Of a stretch of DNA of 64,000 nucleotides, positions 18,358 through 28,157 are shown piece by piece (position 1 is the first letter of the stretch; the number at the start of each line of letters is the position of its first letter). A model generated the notes under the pieces. The model worked only from the letters and a program-made list of their open reading frames with translations, did no database searches and was not told the DNA's origin. The stretch lies in NCBI GenBank assembly GCA_965140445.1, contig OZ223236.1, positions 1,376,001 through 1,440,000 of the forward strand, read 5' to 3'. Position numbers and translations under genes: made by a program. Origin of the DNA: Candidatus Ozemobacteraceae bacterium. Its GTDB lineage: Bacteria > Muiribacteriota > Ozemobacteria > Ozemobacterales > Ozemobacteraceae.

Positions 18358-18423
18358 TTAATCCTCCTCAAAGAGAGATTGATCAGCACAAATATCTGCG
18401 CTGATAGTTTTTTTAACCCCAAC

Positions 18424-18453
18424 ATGATACCGATAAAATGAGGTTTAAAGCAA
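18424..18453 (-). promoter_or_regulatory. Putative sigma70-type promoter of the PspA/ABC/AAA operon, TTGCTT-N18-TATCAT
   Basis: Reverse complement of aagcaa (18448-18453) and atgata (18424-18429). Confidence 0.5.
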
Positions 18454-18532
18454 CCATTTTCCTGAGAACATATTCTAAAAAACTGGTCATTTAATCTTGT
18501 TAAAATATATGAAATTGTCGATAAGCATTGAT

Positions 18533-19114
18533 ATGAAAAAGCTTATTAAAAAAGTGTCACTGCTCGCTTTGGTTATATTATTCTTTGGTTTTTCTACCTC
18601 TTATGGAGCAAGAAATCCAAAACTGCTTGTTGATAACAGCCCAAGACCAGAGATCTGGGGAGCGGCCGTTGGACCGACAATAAAATATAAAAGAATATCC
18701 GGCCCCTATGATTTTGGTGGCGATATGTTTGTTTGGGGAATTCGTGCATTTGGAGGAAAAGCGTCAGAGCCAAAGCTTGGTTTAATGTATTCTTCAGGGA
18801 ATCTTAGCGGCACGGGGTTTAAATTCAATTTACAGATGAGCGGTCTGACTTTGGAAGATTCATTTACAGAAGACTCAAGAGTTAAATGGCGGGCAAGTTT
18901 TGGTGGTGGAAAATATGAAATGACATCCAGAACTTCAGGTTACGTTGTAAATAAGGGCTCATTCACTTTTCTGGAGCCAATGCTTGTGGGAGTTTTGCCA
19001 ATGAGCAATCACATTGTTTTAGAATTTGGCGTTGGTTACACTTTTGCAGGAGCAACCGGAGTTAGAATTGAGGGGTTGGCTTTGCAGGCAGAGCTTTTAA
19101 TGGGGAAATTTTAA
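18533..19114 (+). CDS. Small outer-membrane beta-barrel protein
   Basis: Signal peptide MKKLIKK...; alternating amphipathic strands (LEFGVGYTF); C-terminal Phe (LLMGKF) consistent with a BAM signal. Confidence 0.65.
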   Translation: MKKLIKKVSLLALVILFFGFSTSYGARNPKLLVDNSPRPEIWGAAVGPTIKYKRISGPYDFGGDMFVWGIRAFGGKASEPKLGLMYSSGNLSGTGFKFNLQMSGLTLEDSFTEDSRVKWRASFGGGKYEMTSRTSGYVVNKGSFTFLEPMLVGVLPMSNHIVLEFGVGYTFAGATGVRIEGLALQAELLMGKF

Positions 19115-19120
19115 GATCTC

Positions 19121-22100
19121 TTATTTTTGGCTGTATAGCTTGTCTGATCTATCAAAGGCATCTCTGTAGTTTATATCCACATTACAAATGGTGTCATACA
19201 TTTTTAATGCCATATCAATTTTCTTTTCTTTTTCTAGTTCCAGACCAATTCTATACAACACGTCTTTTAAATCTTCGCCCATCAGTTCCGGATCTATGTC
19301 GATTGTTTGGATTATTTCCATGGACATTTCGGTCTCGCCAAGGTGTAAATGGGCGTCAGATAATAAAATCCCGGCATCTCTAGATCTTTCGGAAGCGAAA
19401 ATTGGAGAAAGGATATTTTTTACTTCTTCCCAGTTCTGGGCAGCAGCTTTTTCTCTCGCCATAGAGATTACTTGAAGAGTGCTTGGGAGATTATTTTCTG
19501 ATTTTTGTTCAGAAGAGGTTTGCATCTCAGGAATCATTGTTTCCTGAGGCTTTGTTTGAGGTAAATCTATTGTTGGTTCTTTAATTGAAATTTCACTTTG
19601 GGCGGGGCCACCAAGTTCTTCAGGGAATTCACCAGCAAGATCTCCTAGCAGGTCGTCTTCTCCAAACGGATCAAGGGTGGGGATGTCAAGCAGGTCATCA
19701 GAAGATCCTGGCATTTCAAAGTCTGGTTCCGGCAGATCTACTGCCATATCTGTTACTCCCATATTGGCTATTGGAACCTCAGTGCCGTCTATACCTCCCG
19801 CAGTATATTCTTCAATGGGAGCTGCTTTCAAGAAATCTGGAAGTGGAATTTCTTCGTTTGCGCCGGTAAAGCCTTCTGGTGGCGGCTCAATAAAGCTTTC
19901 TATTTCATCGTCCGACATTGGAAATTGTGGTTCTGGTAAGTCCGGGATTGGCAGATCAGGAAGAGGAATTTCTGTTTCGACCGCGTTTCCATTATTTTCT
20001 TCTGAGTATTCGCCGGGAAGAGGTGCTGCCATAGAAACCTCTTTTTGCAGACCAGCAATAATTTCGTGCAACTGTGGATTATCCGGATGTTGTGAAAGAA
20101 ATTTTTCGTATTGTGCAATTGCTTCTTCTATCATTCCAAGCTTTTTCATGGAAGAACTGTAAACGACATGGATACCCATGTTATTTATAGAATTTTCAAG
20201 CACTTTAACACATTCTCTCGCTGCATCAGAGTATCGCCCAAGTTTAGAGTAGTTTCTTGCCAGTAGCTCTCTGAATTCAATGTCTTCTTTATGTTTTAGA
20301 GCTTCTTCAAGAACATAAACAACTTCTTCGCCCATTGTTTTATTACGAACGTAACCTTCTGATAATGCTAATGCGGTCTCCTTGCTTGAGGGGTTGCTTT
20401 GAAAATAAGTGAACATTAAATTCATAGCTTCAATAGTAAAGACTTTTTTCTTTGCGTAATGATCTGCAAGAAGCGGAAGATATTCAGAGTTTTCCGGGTT
20501 TTCTTTGTAGATAGTTTCATACATGGATATGGCTTCATCAGAAGAGTCTCTGCTTTCAAGTGACGCCTTGGCTAAATAACCCCATGCAACATAATTGTCG
20601 TGAAACTTTTCCAGAAGATACCTGGCATTTTCCTGACATTTTACAAAGTTTTTAAGCTCATAATGAGCTTTTACAGCCATCTCAATTAATTCGCGCTCAA
20701 CTTGAATGGGCTGCTCTTTGGTAAGGATTTTTTCTATTAATCCAATAGCCTTTGGGTAGTTTCCTTTTTCGAAAGCAGTTTTTGCGCTTTTGATTGGATC
20801 GAATAGTGTAAAAGCGACAGCCGGAAGTAGTCGTAAAACAAAAACAACCAATACCAAAAATAATAAAAATCCAGTCACAATCAGCATTGGAATCTTATGT
20901 AAGGTAAAGAACAAGCCGTATTTAATTGAATTATAATCGCTTTGGTTTTTTGCAAATTTTTCTTCTGCTAAAACAAATTCATCAAACAATTCCTGAGCTT
21001 CTTCAAACTTTTTTAACTCATAAAGAAGGAGAATTTTTTGCCACTTGATTTCTCTTATAAGCAAAGGATCTACGCCATCCTGCTGTAAAACTATATTGAA
21101 ATAATATAGGGCTTTAGCCTTGTCTGGATTTTTCTTAAAAAGATATATTTTTCCAAGGTAAAACGGTGCTTCAACGAATCTTTCTGGTTCTTCATTCCAG
21201 CCTTTTTCTATTCCTCGCAAAGCCATGTCAAAATCTTCTTTTTCATAGATTCCAATGGCTAGCTTGTATTTTTTGAATAGCTCAAATTTTTCATCGAGTT
21301 TGGCTTTCAGCTCATCTTTGCCCTGGATCTCTGGATATATGCCAATTGCCTTGTTCAGAGTGCTGAGACTGTCATCAAATTTTTTGTCTTTAAATTGTTG
21401 CTCAGCCTGTTTAAACCAATACTCAGCTTTTTTTATTTTTTCCTGCTCAGGATCTACTTCTTCATCTGGGTCTTGAGCAATGGCGTCATCAGGGGAAGCT
21501 ACATTCCTTACTGGGGTTGGCCTTGGAATTACAGGCGAATCTACGCCTGGGGAATCCAAATCGGGAAGGTCTATTTCGTCGGGATCTTGTTCATCAACAC
21601 CTGTCTCATCTGGAAGTGGTGAATTGTCATCTATTGATGCAATTTCTGCATTATCCAAGTCTGTAGGATTCTGTTCATCAACGTCAGAAACCATTGGATC
21701 AGGGTCAGGTTGCGTTTCTGGAGGGCGAACAACAGGAGGCAAGTTTGTAGGATCATTCTCAAAGGGACTTTCCGGCGCCGACGGTTCTCCACTATCGCCA
21801 GCTAACTGCTGAACTCTACGGAGGAAATTTTTGTTTTTGACAATTTTTTTTGCGGTGCTGATTCCGTAACTTTTACATGAATACAAGAACTGGAAGTCAG
21901 CAAAAACAACAGGTGAATCAGGTAAGCCTTCAAGAGCCAAACCTATCTGATCAAAAGCCTGGCCGGTATTTCCTTTTTTAAACAAAATTTTAGCAAAAAC
22001 GTAGTTTGCAAGTGGGCCTGGCTTGTTGTTTAGAGCTTTGTTTATGAAACCTGTGGCTTCATCTAATTTACCTTCATGAAAACTAATGTCTGCCAGAATT

Positions 22101-22375
22101 GTAAATAACGCTGGATCGTCTGGATTAACTTTAGCCTGTTTAACCAACCGTTGCTTTGTTCTTTCCAGAAGGTCTTTTCTAAGTTTTGTAAGCTTGGGAT
22201 CATCCTGATCTACAGCAATTTCATGCCTGAGGATTTCCATGTATGCTTCGCCATACATTCTTGCGCTAAGAAATTTTCTGAGTGCGGTATAGTTTGTTGT
22301 TTCAGCCCAAAGTTGGCCTGAAACGGCTACAAGAATGAGTGTCGCACAAATTATAATCGAAAATCTTTTTAACAT
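19121..22375 (-). CDS. Large bitopic TPR protein (exported TPR, TM, cytoplasmic TPR, acidic Pro-rich linker, C-terminal TPR)
   Basis: Signal peptide; TPR helices; TM MLIVTGFLLFLVLVVFVL; D/E/P-rich linkers. Confidence 0.8.
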   Translation of the reverse strand: MLKRFSIIICATLILVAVSGQLWAETTNYTALRKFLSARMYGEAYMEILRHEIAVDQDDPKLTKLRKDLLERTKQRLVKQAKVNPDDPALFTILADISFHEGKLDEATGFINKALNNKPGPLANYVFAKILFKKGNTGQAFDQIGLALEGLPDSPVVFADFQFLYSCKSYGISTAKKIVKNKNFLRRVQQLAGDSGEPSAPESPFENDPTNLPPVVRPPETQPDPDPMVSDVDEQNPTDLDNAEIASIDDNSPLPDETGVDEQDPDEIDLPDLDSPGVDSPVIPRPTPVRNVASPDDAIAQDPDEEVDPEQEKIKKAEYWFKQAEQQFKDKKFDDSLSTLNKAIGIYPEIQGKDELKAKLDEKFELFKKYKLAIGIYEKEDFDMALRGIEKGWNEEPERFVEAPFYLGKIYLFKKNPDKAKALYYFNIVLQQDGVDPLLIREIKWQKILLLYELKKFEEAQELFDEFVLAEEKFAKNQSDYNSIKYGLFFTLHKIPMLIVTGFLLFLVLVVFVLRLLPAVAFTLFDPIKSAKTAFEKGNYPKAIGLIEKILTKEQPIQVERELIEMAVKAHYELKNFVKCQENARYLLEKFHDNYVAWGYLAKASLESRDSSDEAISMYETIYKENPENSEYLPLLADHYAKKKVFTIEAMNLMFTYFQSNPSSKETALALSEGYVRNKTMGEEVVYVLEEALKHKEDIEFRELLARNYSKLGRYSDAARECVKVLENSINNMGIHVVYSSSMKKLGMIEEAIAQYEKFLSQHPDNPQLHEIIAGLQKEVSMAAPLPGEYSEENNGNAVETEIPLPDLPIPDLPEPQFPMSDDEIESFIEPPPEGFTGANEEIPLPDFLKAAPIEEYTAGGIDGTEVPIANMGVTDMAVDLPEPDFEMPGSSDDLLDIPTLDPFGEDDLLGDLAGEFPEELGGPAQSEISIKEPTIDLPQTKPQETMIPEMQTSSEQKSENNLPSTLQVISMAREKAAAQNWEEVKNILSPIFASERSRDAGILLSDAHLHLGETEMSMEIIQTIDIDPELMGEDLKDVLYRIGLELEKEKKIDMALKMYDTICNVDINYRDAFDRSDKLYSQK

Positions 22376-22413
22376 AGAACAGGCTTTCGTTTTAGATTAA
22401 AGAAATCTTTTCA

Positions 22414-24996
22414 TCAGGCCAGGTTTTCCCCGCAATGCTGGCAATAATATTCATCTTTATTATTTGGCTTTGAGCAGTGGGGGCAAATAATGTCCTCAGG
22501 AGAAACCTCAACTGGTGCGTTCTGAATTTCCTGGGGGGCACTTTCTTGTTTTCCGGCTGTTGCATCATAAAGCTTTTGTGCTTCAAGCAACCCATTTTGA
22601 AATGCGACGTTGTAAGGATTGTTCTGCAAGAAATTTCTATATATTTCCAGGAGGTCTGCAAGTCGGTTCTGTTTATTGTAGGTGTCTCTGAGAACCGCGT
22701 GAACAAGTTCGTTATTAACATCTTCATTTATAACTTCTTCGCAGAGTTTTAAGCACTCATCAAATCTTCGTAATTTTAGATGGATCTTAGCTACTCCAAG
22801 CTTGAATTCTGATTCGGCGGAACCCATATCCATCATTTTCTGGAAAACTTTCATGGATCTTTCGTCGCTTAAACCTTTTTTTAAGTAAAACTTTCCAAGT
22901 GGTTTTAAAACTTCAGGGTTGTGGGGATCTAGATTTAACCATTGTTCTAGAATATTTACGCCGTCCTGAGAAAGGTTTTTCTGTTTCGTATAATGAGAGC
23001 CAAGGAGCGAAACCAGAGCGATGTTTTTTGGATCTTTTTGATAAAGATTTAGCAGCTCAGGTAAGCTTTCCGGAGAAAGCATTCTTTTTCCAAGGTATGC
23101 ATATCCTAACCAGATATGACCATCTTCATCTTTAGGATTTATTGATATGAGGTGCTTACATTCACCTATAGCTCTATCGTAGTTGCCCTTTTTAAGATAA
23201 GCTTGAGCAAGAATTCTTGAAATAAGAGCGCCGTCATATGGGGTTAGAATTGGAAGTCGTCTTACTGCATTCAATTCATTGATACATTCTTCCAACATTT
23301 CTTTCTTCAGGAAGCTTCTGGCTTTTCTGATTGCAGAATTCTTATTGTATTCGGGAAGGTGTTTGTAAAGAGCCCAGGCGATCCATAATAGAAGTACTAT
23401 AATAACAATTGGAAAGACTTTCTTCCATTTTGAAACTCCAGATTGAATTAGTTTATCGCTTAGTTCTGGATAATCCGGGTCTGATTCAGAAATTTCGCTA
23501 AAATATTTATATGCTGTTTGTCTGTCACCTCTATCTAAATTTATGCAGCCTATAACAAATTTTGCGCGGTTATTTTCGGGTTGAATTGATAACTGATAAA
23601 TAGCCTGAGTTTTTGCATTATCCAGATCGCCAGTTTTATAATATGCTTCTGCAAGGTAGCTGGTAAGTTGTTTGTCGTAATCTCTAGGCAATTGTTTTAA
23701 GAGCTTTAAGCATTCTTCGTATTCATAAGTATTTCTGGCATCTACGGCTTTTTGCCAGATATCTTTTTCATTATTTACAGCTGATATTTCTCCTACTTCT
23801 TTGTTAAAAGCAGAACTGTATTTTTTTAACTCAGAGTCTAGCTCTATAATTGCTTTTCCTCTGTTAAAGGCAATCATAGCTTCTTTTAAGTTATTTACCG
23901 CCTTAAATTCCTTACCTTTTCTTAGATAAGCTTCAACCATACTAGCTCTTTCCTGACTATATCTTGGAAGCTTTTCAGCTCTTCCGAGTTTTTTCATAAG
24001 GGCTTGTTCTATGGTGGTGGCTTTTTCTAATAGCTCGGCGGCTTTTTTATTCGAAGGATCTGCGCTCACTATATATTCAAGCATATCTCTGGCCTCAAGC
24101 CAGCTTCCCTTTTCAATTAGTGGCTGTACTTCTGCAAACGCGCTTTTTGCACTTCTTGAACTGCTAAGCTCATTGATTTCTTTCTCGAGATAATCATTTC
24201 TAGGATCTACTTCTTGAGCCTGTTTAAAAAGACTAATCGCATTTTCTGAATTTCCTGAAGCTTTTTCAGCCTGAGCTTTTTTTATAAGACTATCCACCAG
24301 GCTGCTTTGCTTTGCTTTGATTTTTTGTAGCAAATCTTTTGGTTCTTCTGGATTTGCAAAGCTATATTTATTTGCATTTTCTGCATTTGATCTGGCTTTA
24401 AGAATATTTCCCTTTTCAAATTCAATATTGGCCATTATAAAGAATAGCCTTCCCATGGGCTCCGAATTATACTTTGTTCGCATATGCCCATTTGCTTCAA
24501 GAATTCTTTCTGCTTCTTGCAGGGCTTTATCTGTTTGCCCTTTTTTTAGCAGGCCGTTGAGAATTTCAACTCCAATTTCTAATTCTGAAGGATTTACCTG
24601 GAATATTAAATGCTGAAGTCTATTTACTTCAGCTGAATTTCCAGATTTTTGGGCAGCAAAAAGGTCTTCTTTTAATACCTTAGAATAGGCATCTGAGAAT
24701 TTTTGATTTTTTGGTTCTAACTTATGGGCTTTTGCTAATGCGCGCATCATATCTGGACGCTTGTTTTTTAGCTTAAGCAGCATTGCTGCATTATAGTAAG
24801 GTTCCCCCCATTTGGGGTCCACTTTCATAGCTTGCTTTAAAAGCTGAATTGCTTCTTGATGGCGCCCAGTTTTTATAGCAACTTCCGCTTGTCTATTTAA
24901 TTCTTTGGCGTCAGTTGATGCAAAACAAATTGGTGAAAAAAACAGCCCCGTCAGGGCAAATAAAATTGAAAATAATAAAATTGTAGAGCGGTTCAT
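22414..24996 (-). CDS. Bitopic TPR protein with C-terminal zinc ribbon
   Basis: Signal peptide; TPRs; TM VFPIVIIVLLLWIAWAL; CPHC...CQHC at the C-terminus. Confidence 0.82.
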   Translation of the reverse strand: MNRSTILLFSILFALTGLFFSPICFASTDAKELNRQAEVAIKTGRHQEAIQLLKQAMKVDPKWGEPYYNAAMLLKLKNKRPDMMRALAKAHKLEPKNQKFSDAYSKVLKEDLFAAQKSGNSAEVNRLQHLIFQVNPSELEIGVEILNGLLKKGQTDKALQEAERILEANGHMRTKYNSEPMGRLFFIMANIEFEKGNILKARSNAENANKYSFANPEEPKDLLQKIKAKQSSLVDSLIKKAQAEKASGNSENAISLFKQAQEVDPRNDYLEKEINELSSSRSAKSAFAEVQPLIEKGSWLEARDMLEYIVSADPSNKKAAELLEKATTIEQALMKKLGRAEKLPRYSQERASMVEAYLRKGKEFKAVNNLKEAMIAFNRGKAIIELDSELKKYSSAFNKEVGEISAVNNEKDIWQKAVDARNTYEYEECLKLLKQLPRDYDKQLTSYLAEAYYKTGDLDNAKTQAIYQLSIQPENNRAKFVIGCINLDRGDRQTAYKYFSEISESDPDYPELSDKLIQSGVSKWKKVFPIVIIVLLLWIAWALYKHLPEYNKNSAIRKARSFLKKEMLEECINELNAVRRLPILTPYDGALISRILAQAYLKKGNYDRAIGECKHLISINPKDEDGHIWLGYAYLGKRMLSPESLPELLNLYQKDPKNIALVSLLGSHYTKQKNLSQDGVNILEQWLNLDPHNPEVLKPLGKFYLKKGLSDERSMKVFQKMMDMGSAESEFKLGVAKIHLKLRRFDECLKLCEEVINEDVNNELVHAVLRDTYNKQNRLADLLEIYRNFLQNNPYNVAFQNGLLEAQKLYDATAGKQESAPQEIQNAPVEVSPEDIICPHCSKPNNKDEYYCQHCGENLA

Positions 24997-25025
24997 AGTC
25001 TTCCTCCGTTATGACCGCTTACAGT

Positions 25026-26342
25026 CTAAGTTATTTTGGAAACTTTTGCCAGTGCTTTTAGTGCACACCTTCTAACATCAGGGTCACCATCATTAGTCAA
25101 GTCCTGCAAAACATCGCTAAACTGTAGCGCGCCAATCTCTCCTAAAGCCCATGCTGCAGAAGCTCGCATTGTTTTATGTGTGGATCTAAGCATTTGTTTG
25201 AGGGTTAAAATTGCTCCCATACCACCAAGCTTCCACAAAGCTGCAGCTGCATTACTGCGAACTCTATTGTGTGAGTCATGTAGAAGTGGGAATAGTAGTT
25301 CGGAAAATTGTGGGTCTTTTAAGTCTCCCATTGCATCAACAGCATTTGCTCTAACCCTGCCATCTGGATCACGCAGTGCCTTCGACAATAAAACCACGGA
25401 TTTGGCATTTTTGGCTGCTCCAAGACTTTTTATCATGTTGGCGCGCAATCTGGTATTTTCTTCCATGGTAAATTTTTCTGTGAGCCTTGCTACGGTAAGC
25501 TCAGGGTTAATTTCCATAGAGGTTTTAATTATCACATCCCTGATGGGATTTTCGTCTTCTTTTACATAGGCTTCTACAAGGTGAGAAATCACTCTTGAAG
25601 ATCCTATTTTTCCTATACTTAAAACGGCTCTATTCCTGACCGTCGGGGAAATATCGCTTAATAGTCCAATAAGCAGGTCCAGAGAACGTTCTTCTTTGAT
25701 TTCTCCAAGGATATAAGCCACAGATGCTCGTTTCCTTGAGTTGGGGGATCTAAGTTCTTCAGGCAGAGTATTTAATCCGAAACGAATGCCTTTCTGCCAA
25801 AGTGCTTTAAGCGCATTTGCCCTAACTCTGTTATTTCTATCAGAAACAAGAACTTTTAAAATTTCGGGAATTTCAGGATTTTCAATATCCCCCAATGCTT
25901 CTACTGCATTGGCTCTAACTCTGTCATCTGCATAATTCAAAAAGGCTTTTAGTAATGGGATAAATTCAGGAGATTTAAATGAGCCAATAACCTTAATTCC
26001 TGTTGCAACAAGTGAGGAATCTTCTTCTCTTTTTAGGAAGTCGCAGATGGCTTTTTTGGCAGGTCTGGAATTTTTGCCCTCAAGAGCAAAAAGGCTTTCT
26101 GTTCTTAAGATTGAATTGGGAGACTCGAGATAAGACATTATCATGCCTAAAATTTCAGGGTCAGATGTTTTCTTTGCAGCTCTTAGAGATGCACAAACTA
26201 CATCGGGGCGACCATCTTTGAGACCTTCAAGGATGAATTCATCAATATTTTCGACATTATGCTTTAGTGCGCTTTTAAGACAGAAAAGTCTGACATTTTT
26301 ATCTCTGTCCTGAAAAAGTTTATTTAATGTCTTGTAGTCCAT
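25026..26342 (-). CDS. HEAT/PBS-lyase-like repeat protein
   Basis: Repeated D-x-x-x-RVR(A/S)NA-x-x-AL units. Confidence 0.9.
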   Translation of the reverse strand: MDYKTLNKLFQDRDKNVRLFCLKSALKHNVENIDEFILEGLKDGRPDVVCASLRAAKKTSDPEILGMIMSYLESPNSILRTESLFALEGKNSRPAKKAICDFLKREEDSSLVATGIKVIGSFKSPEFIPLLKAFLNYADDRVRANAVEALGDIENPEIPEILKVLVSDRNNRVRANALKALWQKGIRFGLNTLPEELRSPNSRKRASVAYILGEIKEERSLDLLIGLLSDISPTVRNRAVLSIGKIGSSRVISHLVEAYVKEDENPIRDVIIKTSMEINPELTVARLTEKFTMEENTRLRANMIKSLGAAKNAKSVVLLSKALRDPDGRVRANAVDAMGDLKDPQFSELLFPLLHDSHNRVRSNAAAALWKLGGMGAILTLKQMLRSTHKTMRASAAWALGEIGALQFSDVLQDLTNDGDPDVRRCALKALAKVSKIT

Positions 26343-26344
26343 AC

Positions 26345-26977
26345 TTAATCCTTTTCAACTGCACTTTTTTCAGCAAGCGCTACGTCAAATTCTCTTGAAG
26401 GTTCGGTAATATCAGAAATTATCACCTTCTCAGGCAAGACCATTCTAAGTTTATAGGGCGAGTGTTTAAGGATTGCTCCTGTTTTTGATAAAACCAGTTC
26501 TTCAGCAAGTTTTATTATGGCTACTTTTTCTTTACCCATGGTAAAAAAGCCATGATAAGTAATATCGGGTCTTTCAAAAATAACCTCTTCCTCAACTACC
26601 TGTGGAATAATCTCTTCCATTTCTTTGGGAACCGGGATAAAAACGTTTCTGGCTTTTGCCTGATATGGGTAAGCTTTTGCCATGGTGAAACGTGTTTCAA
26701 TTTTTTTATCTAATTCTGGAAGTTTTTCCATTTTAAGAGGTGGAGCTGGTGTTATTGGGGCTTTTTGTCCAGGTTGAACCGCACCAGTTCCTGCCGCGGC
26801 CGTTGGGTTGGCAGCTTGAGTTGTAGTAACGGCACCGCCAGCTCTTTGCTGCTTTTTAGCTAATCTTGCGGGTTTTAAAACAAAGAAGTCAAGAAGAACA
26901 ACCATGATGATTACTGGAACCCCAATAACCACTACTTTGTTCTTTTTATAGTATTCGATGAATTCTTGTTTTGTCAT
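26345..26977 (-). CDS. PilP/GspC-like type IV pilus alignment protein (TM-anchored)
   Basis: Position after pilO; N-terminal TM; ITYHGFF..KVAII..YKLRMVLPEKVII beta domain; no lipobox Cys. Confidence 0.55.
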   Translation of the reverse strand: MTKQEFIEYYKKNKVVVIGVPVIIMVVLLDFFVLKPARLAKKQQRAGGAVTTTQAANPTAAAGTGAVQPGQKAPITPAPPLKMEKLPELDKKIETRFTMAKAYPYQAKARNVFIPVPKEMEEIIPQVVEEEVIFERPDITYHGFFTMGKEKVAIIKLAEELVLSKTGAILKHSPYKLRMVLPEKVIISDITEPSREFDVALAEKSAVEKD

Positions 26978-26997
26978 TTATAGTTCCTTTTATTAGG

Positions 26998-27579
26998 TCA
27001 TGGAAGAAAGAAGGTTGAAAGCGTCAATTTCATAGACATATTTCCGCGTTCATCGCTTAATGGTGGCATTAATTCCATTTGGGAAATTTTAACCAGGCGT
27101 CCCAATGCATTTTCCATCTCCCACAAGAATTGCTTAACTTTGTTATATGAACCTGTAATCGCAAGATTGAATTGGAATTCAAGATACCTTGCTCCAGCTC
27201 CGGCTGTTGGGGCAGGCGGCAGATATTTTGAGTCCTGGATATGTATCTCAAGAGATTTTGCCTTTCTTTGAACCTGTTCAATAAAAAGGGTGTAATTTGA
27301 GGCTTTTTCCAGGAGTCTTTCAAACTTTTCCTGAACTTCTTTTTTTCTTTCTCGAAGTTGTGTTGAAATTTCTTTTACTTTTTTTCTTCTTGAGGCAAAT
27401 TCACGTTGAGAATCTTCAAGCCGCTTTTGCATTTCCACCAGCTCGTTTTTCTTCTGTCTGATGGCCTCTTTCTGTTTACTATTTACAGATCCAAGGAAAA
27501 AGATCAATCCGCCAATCGCGATAGCGATCAGCCCATATGTAAGTACTCTCTCTAATATGGAGCGAAGTCTGGTCTTCAC
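26998..27579 (-). CDS. pilO: Type IV pilus assembly protein PilO
   Basis: TM, coiled coil, ITGSYNKVKQFLWEMENALGRLVKI ferredoxin-like PilO motif; synteny. Confidence 0.8.
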   Translation of the reverse strand: MKTRLRSILERVLTYGLIAIAIGGLIFFLGSVNSKQKEAIRQKKNELVEMQKRLEDSQREFASRRKKVKEISTQLRERKKEVQEKFERLLEKASNYTLFIEQVQRKAKSLEIHIQDSKYLPPAPTAGAGARYLEFQFNLAITGSYNKVKQFLWEMENALGRLVKISQMELMPPLSDERGNMSMKLTLSTFFLP

Positions 27580-27593
27580 TGTTGCTCCTTTGC

Positions 27594-28154
27594 TCAGTTC
27601 ATGATTTTATATTTAAATTCGAGGGTAAACTTTTGAAGTGTTCCCTGTTCTGTGGACACGTTTGAATTTTCTTTAAGAAAAGATGTGAATTTTCCGGTAT
27701 CTTCCATTCTTTTTGCAAACTCGAGGACATCATAGACGGTAAAGGCTTCTCCAGAAAGAGTGAAAGTCGTGGAAAGGTTTGAGAAATTTCTTGGACTGAT
27801 TGATTTGATAACAACTCTTTCGGGGACGGTTGATTCAAGGGTTGCAAGAAAATCGACCCAGGATGTTCCGGGGGTGTCCAGGTTTTTGTTGATAAAGCTG
27901 ATACTGTTTTTAAGAGCATTGATTTCATTAACTGGCGGTTGTAATTTTCCTGTATTTTCTATTACCAGTCTAAGTTCTCCTTCTGTCTTATCGACTACTT
28001 TCTGTACAGAACTTAACTCTTTACTATTTTTAAAGTGCATTGACCCGACCGCAGACAGGCAGGCAACAATTGAAAGAACCGCAAGAACAATGCCCAGATT
28101 GTCTCTAGGAAGGGATTTATAGTCGTTGGGTAATAGGTCAAATTGAAATTTCAT
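27594..28154 (-). CDS. pilN: Type IV pilus assembly protein PilN
   Basis: N-terminal FDLLP (INLLP-like PilM-binding motif), TM, WVDFLATLESTVPERV, LSGEA. Confidence 0.85.
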   Translation of the reverse strand: MKFQFDLLPNDYKSLPRDNLGIVLAVLSIVACLSAVGSMHFKNSKELSSVQKVVDKTEGELRLVIENTGKLQPPVNEINALKNSISFINKNLDTPGTSWVDFLATLESTVPERVVIKSISPRNFSNLSTTFTLSGEAFTVYDVLEFAKRMEDTGKFTSFLKENSNVSTEQGTLQKFTLEFKYKIMN

Positions 28155-28157
28155 TTT

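Noticed and set aside
18501..18524. TAAA...GTCGATAA as a sigma28 promoter for the beta-barrel gene
   Set aside because: The spacer is only 12 nt; an extended -10 (TGTTAAAAT) explains the site equally well.
22392..22727. 111-aa minus-strand ORF
   Set aside because: Out-of-frame overlap with the 3' end of the TPR/zinc-ribbon gene; no motif or RBS.
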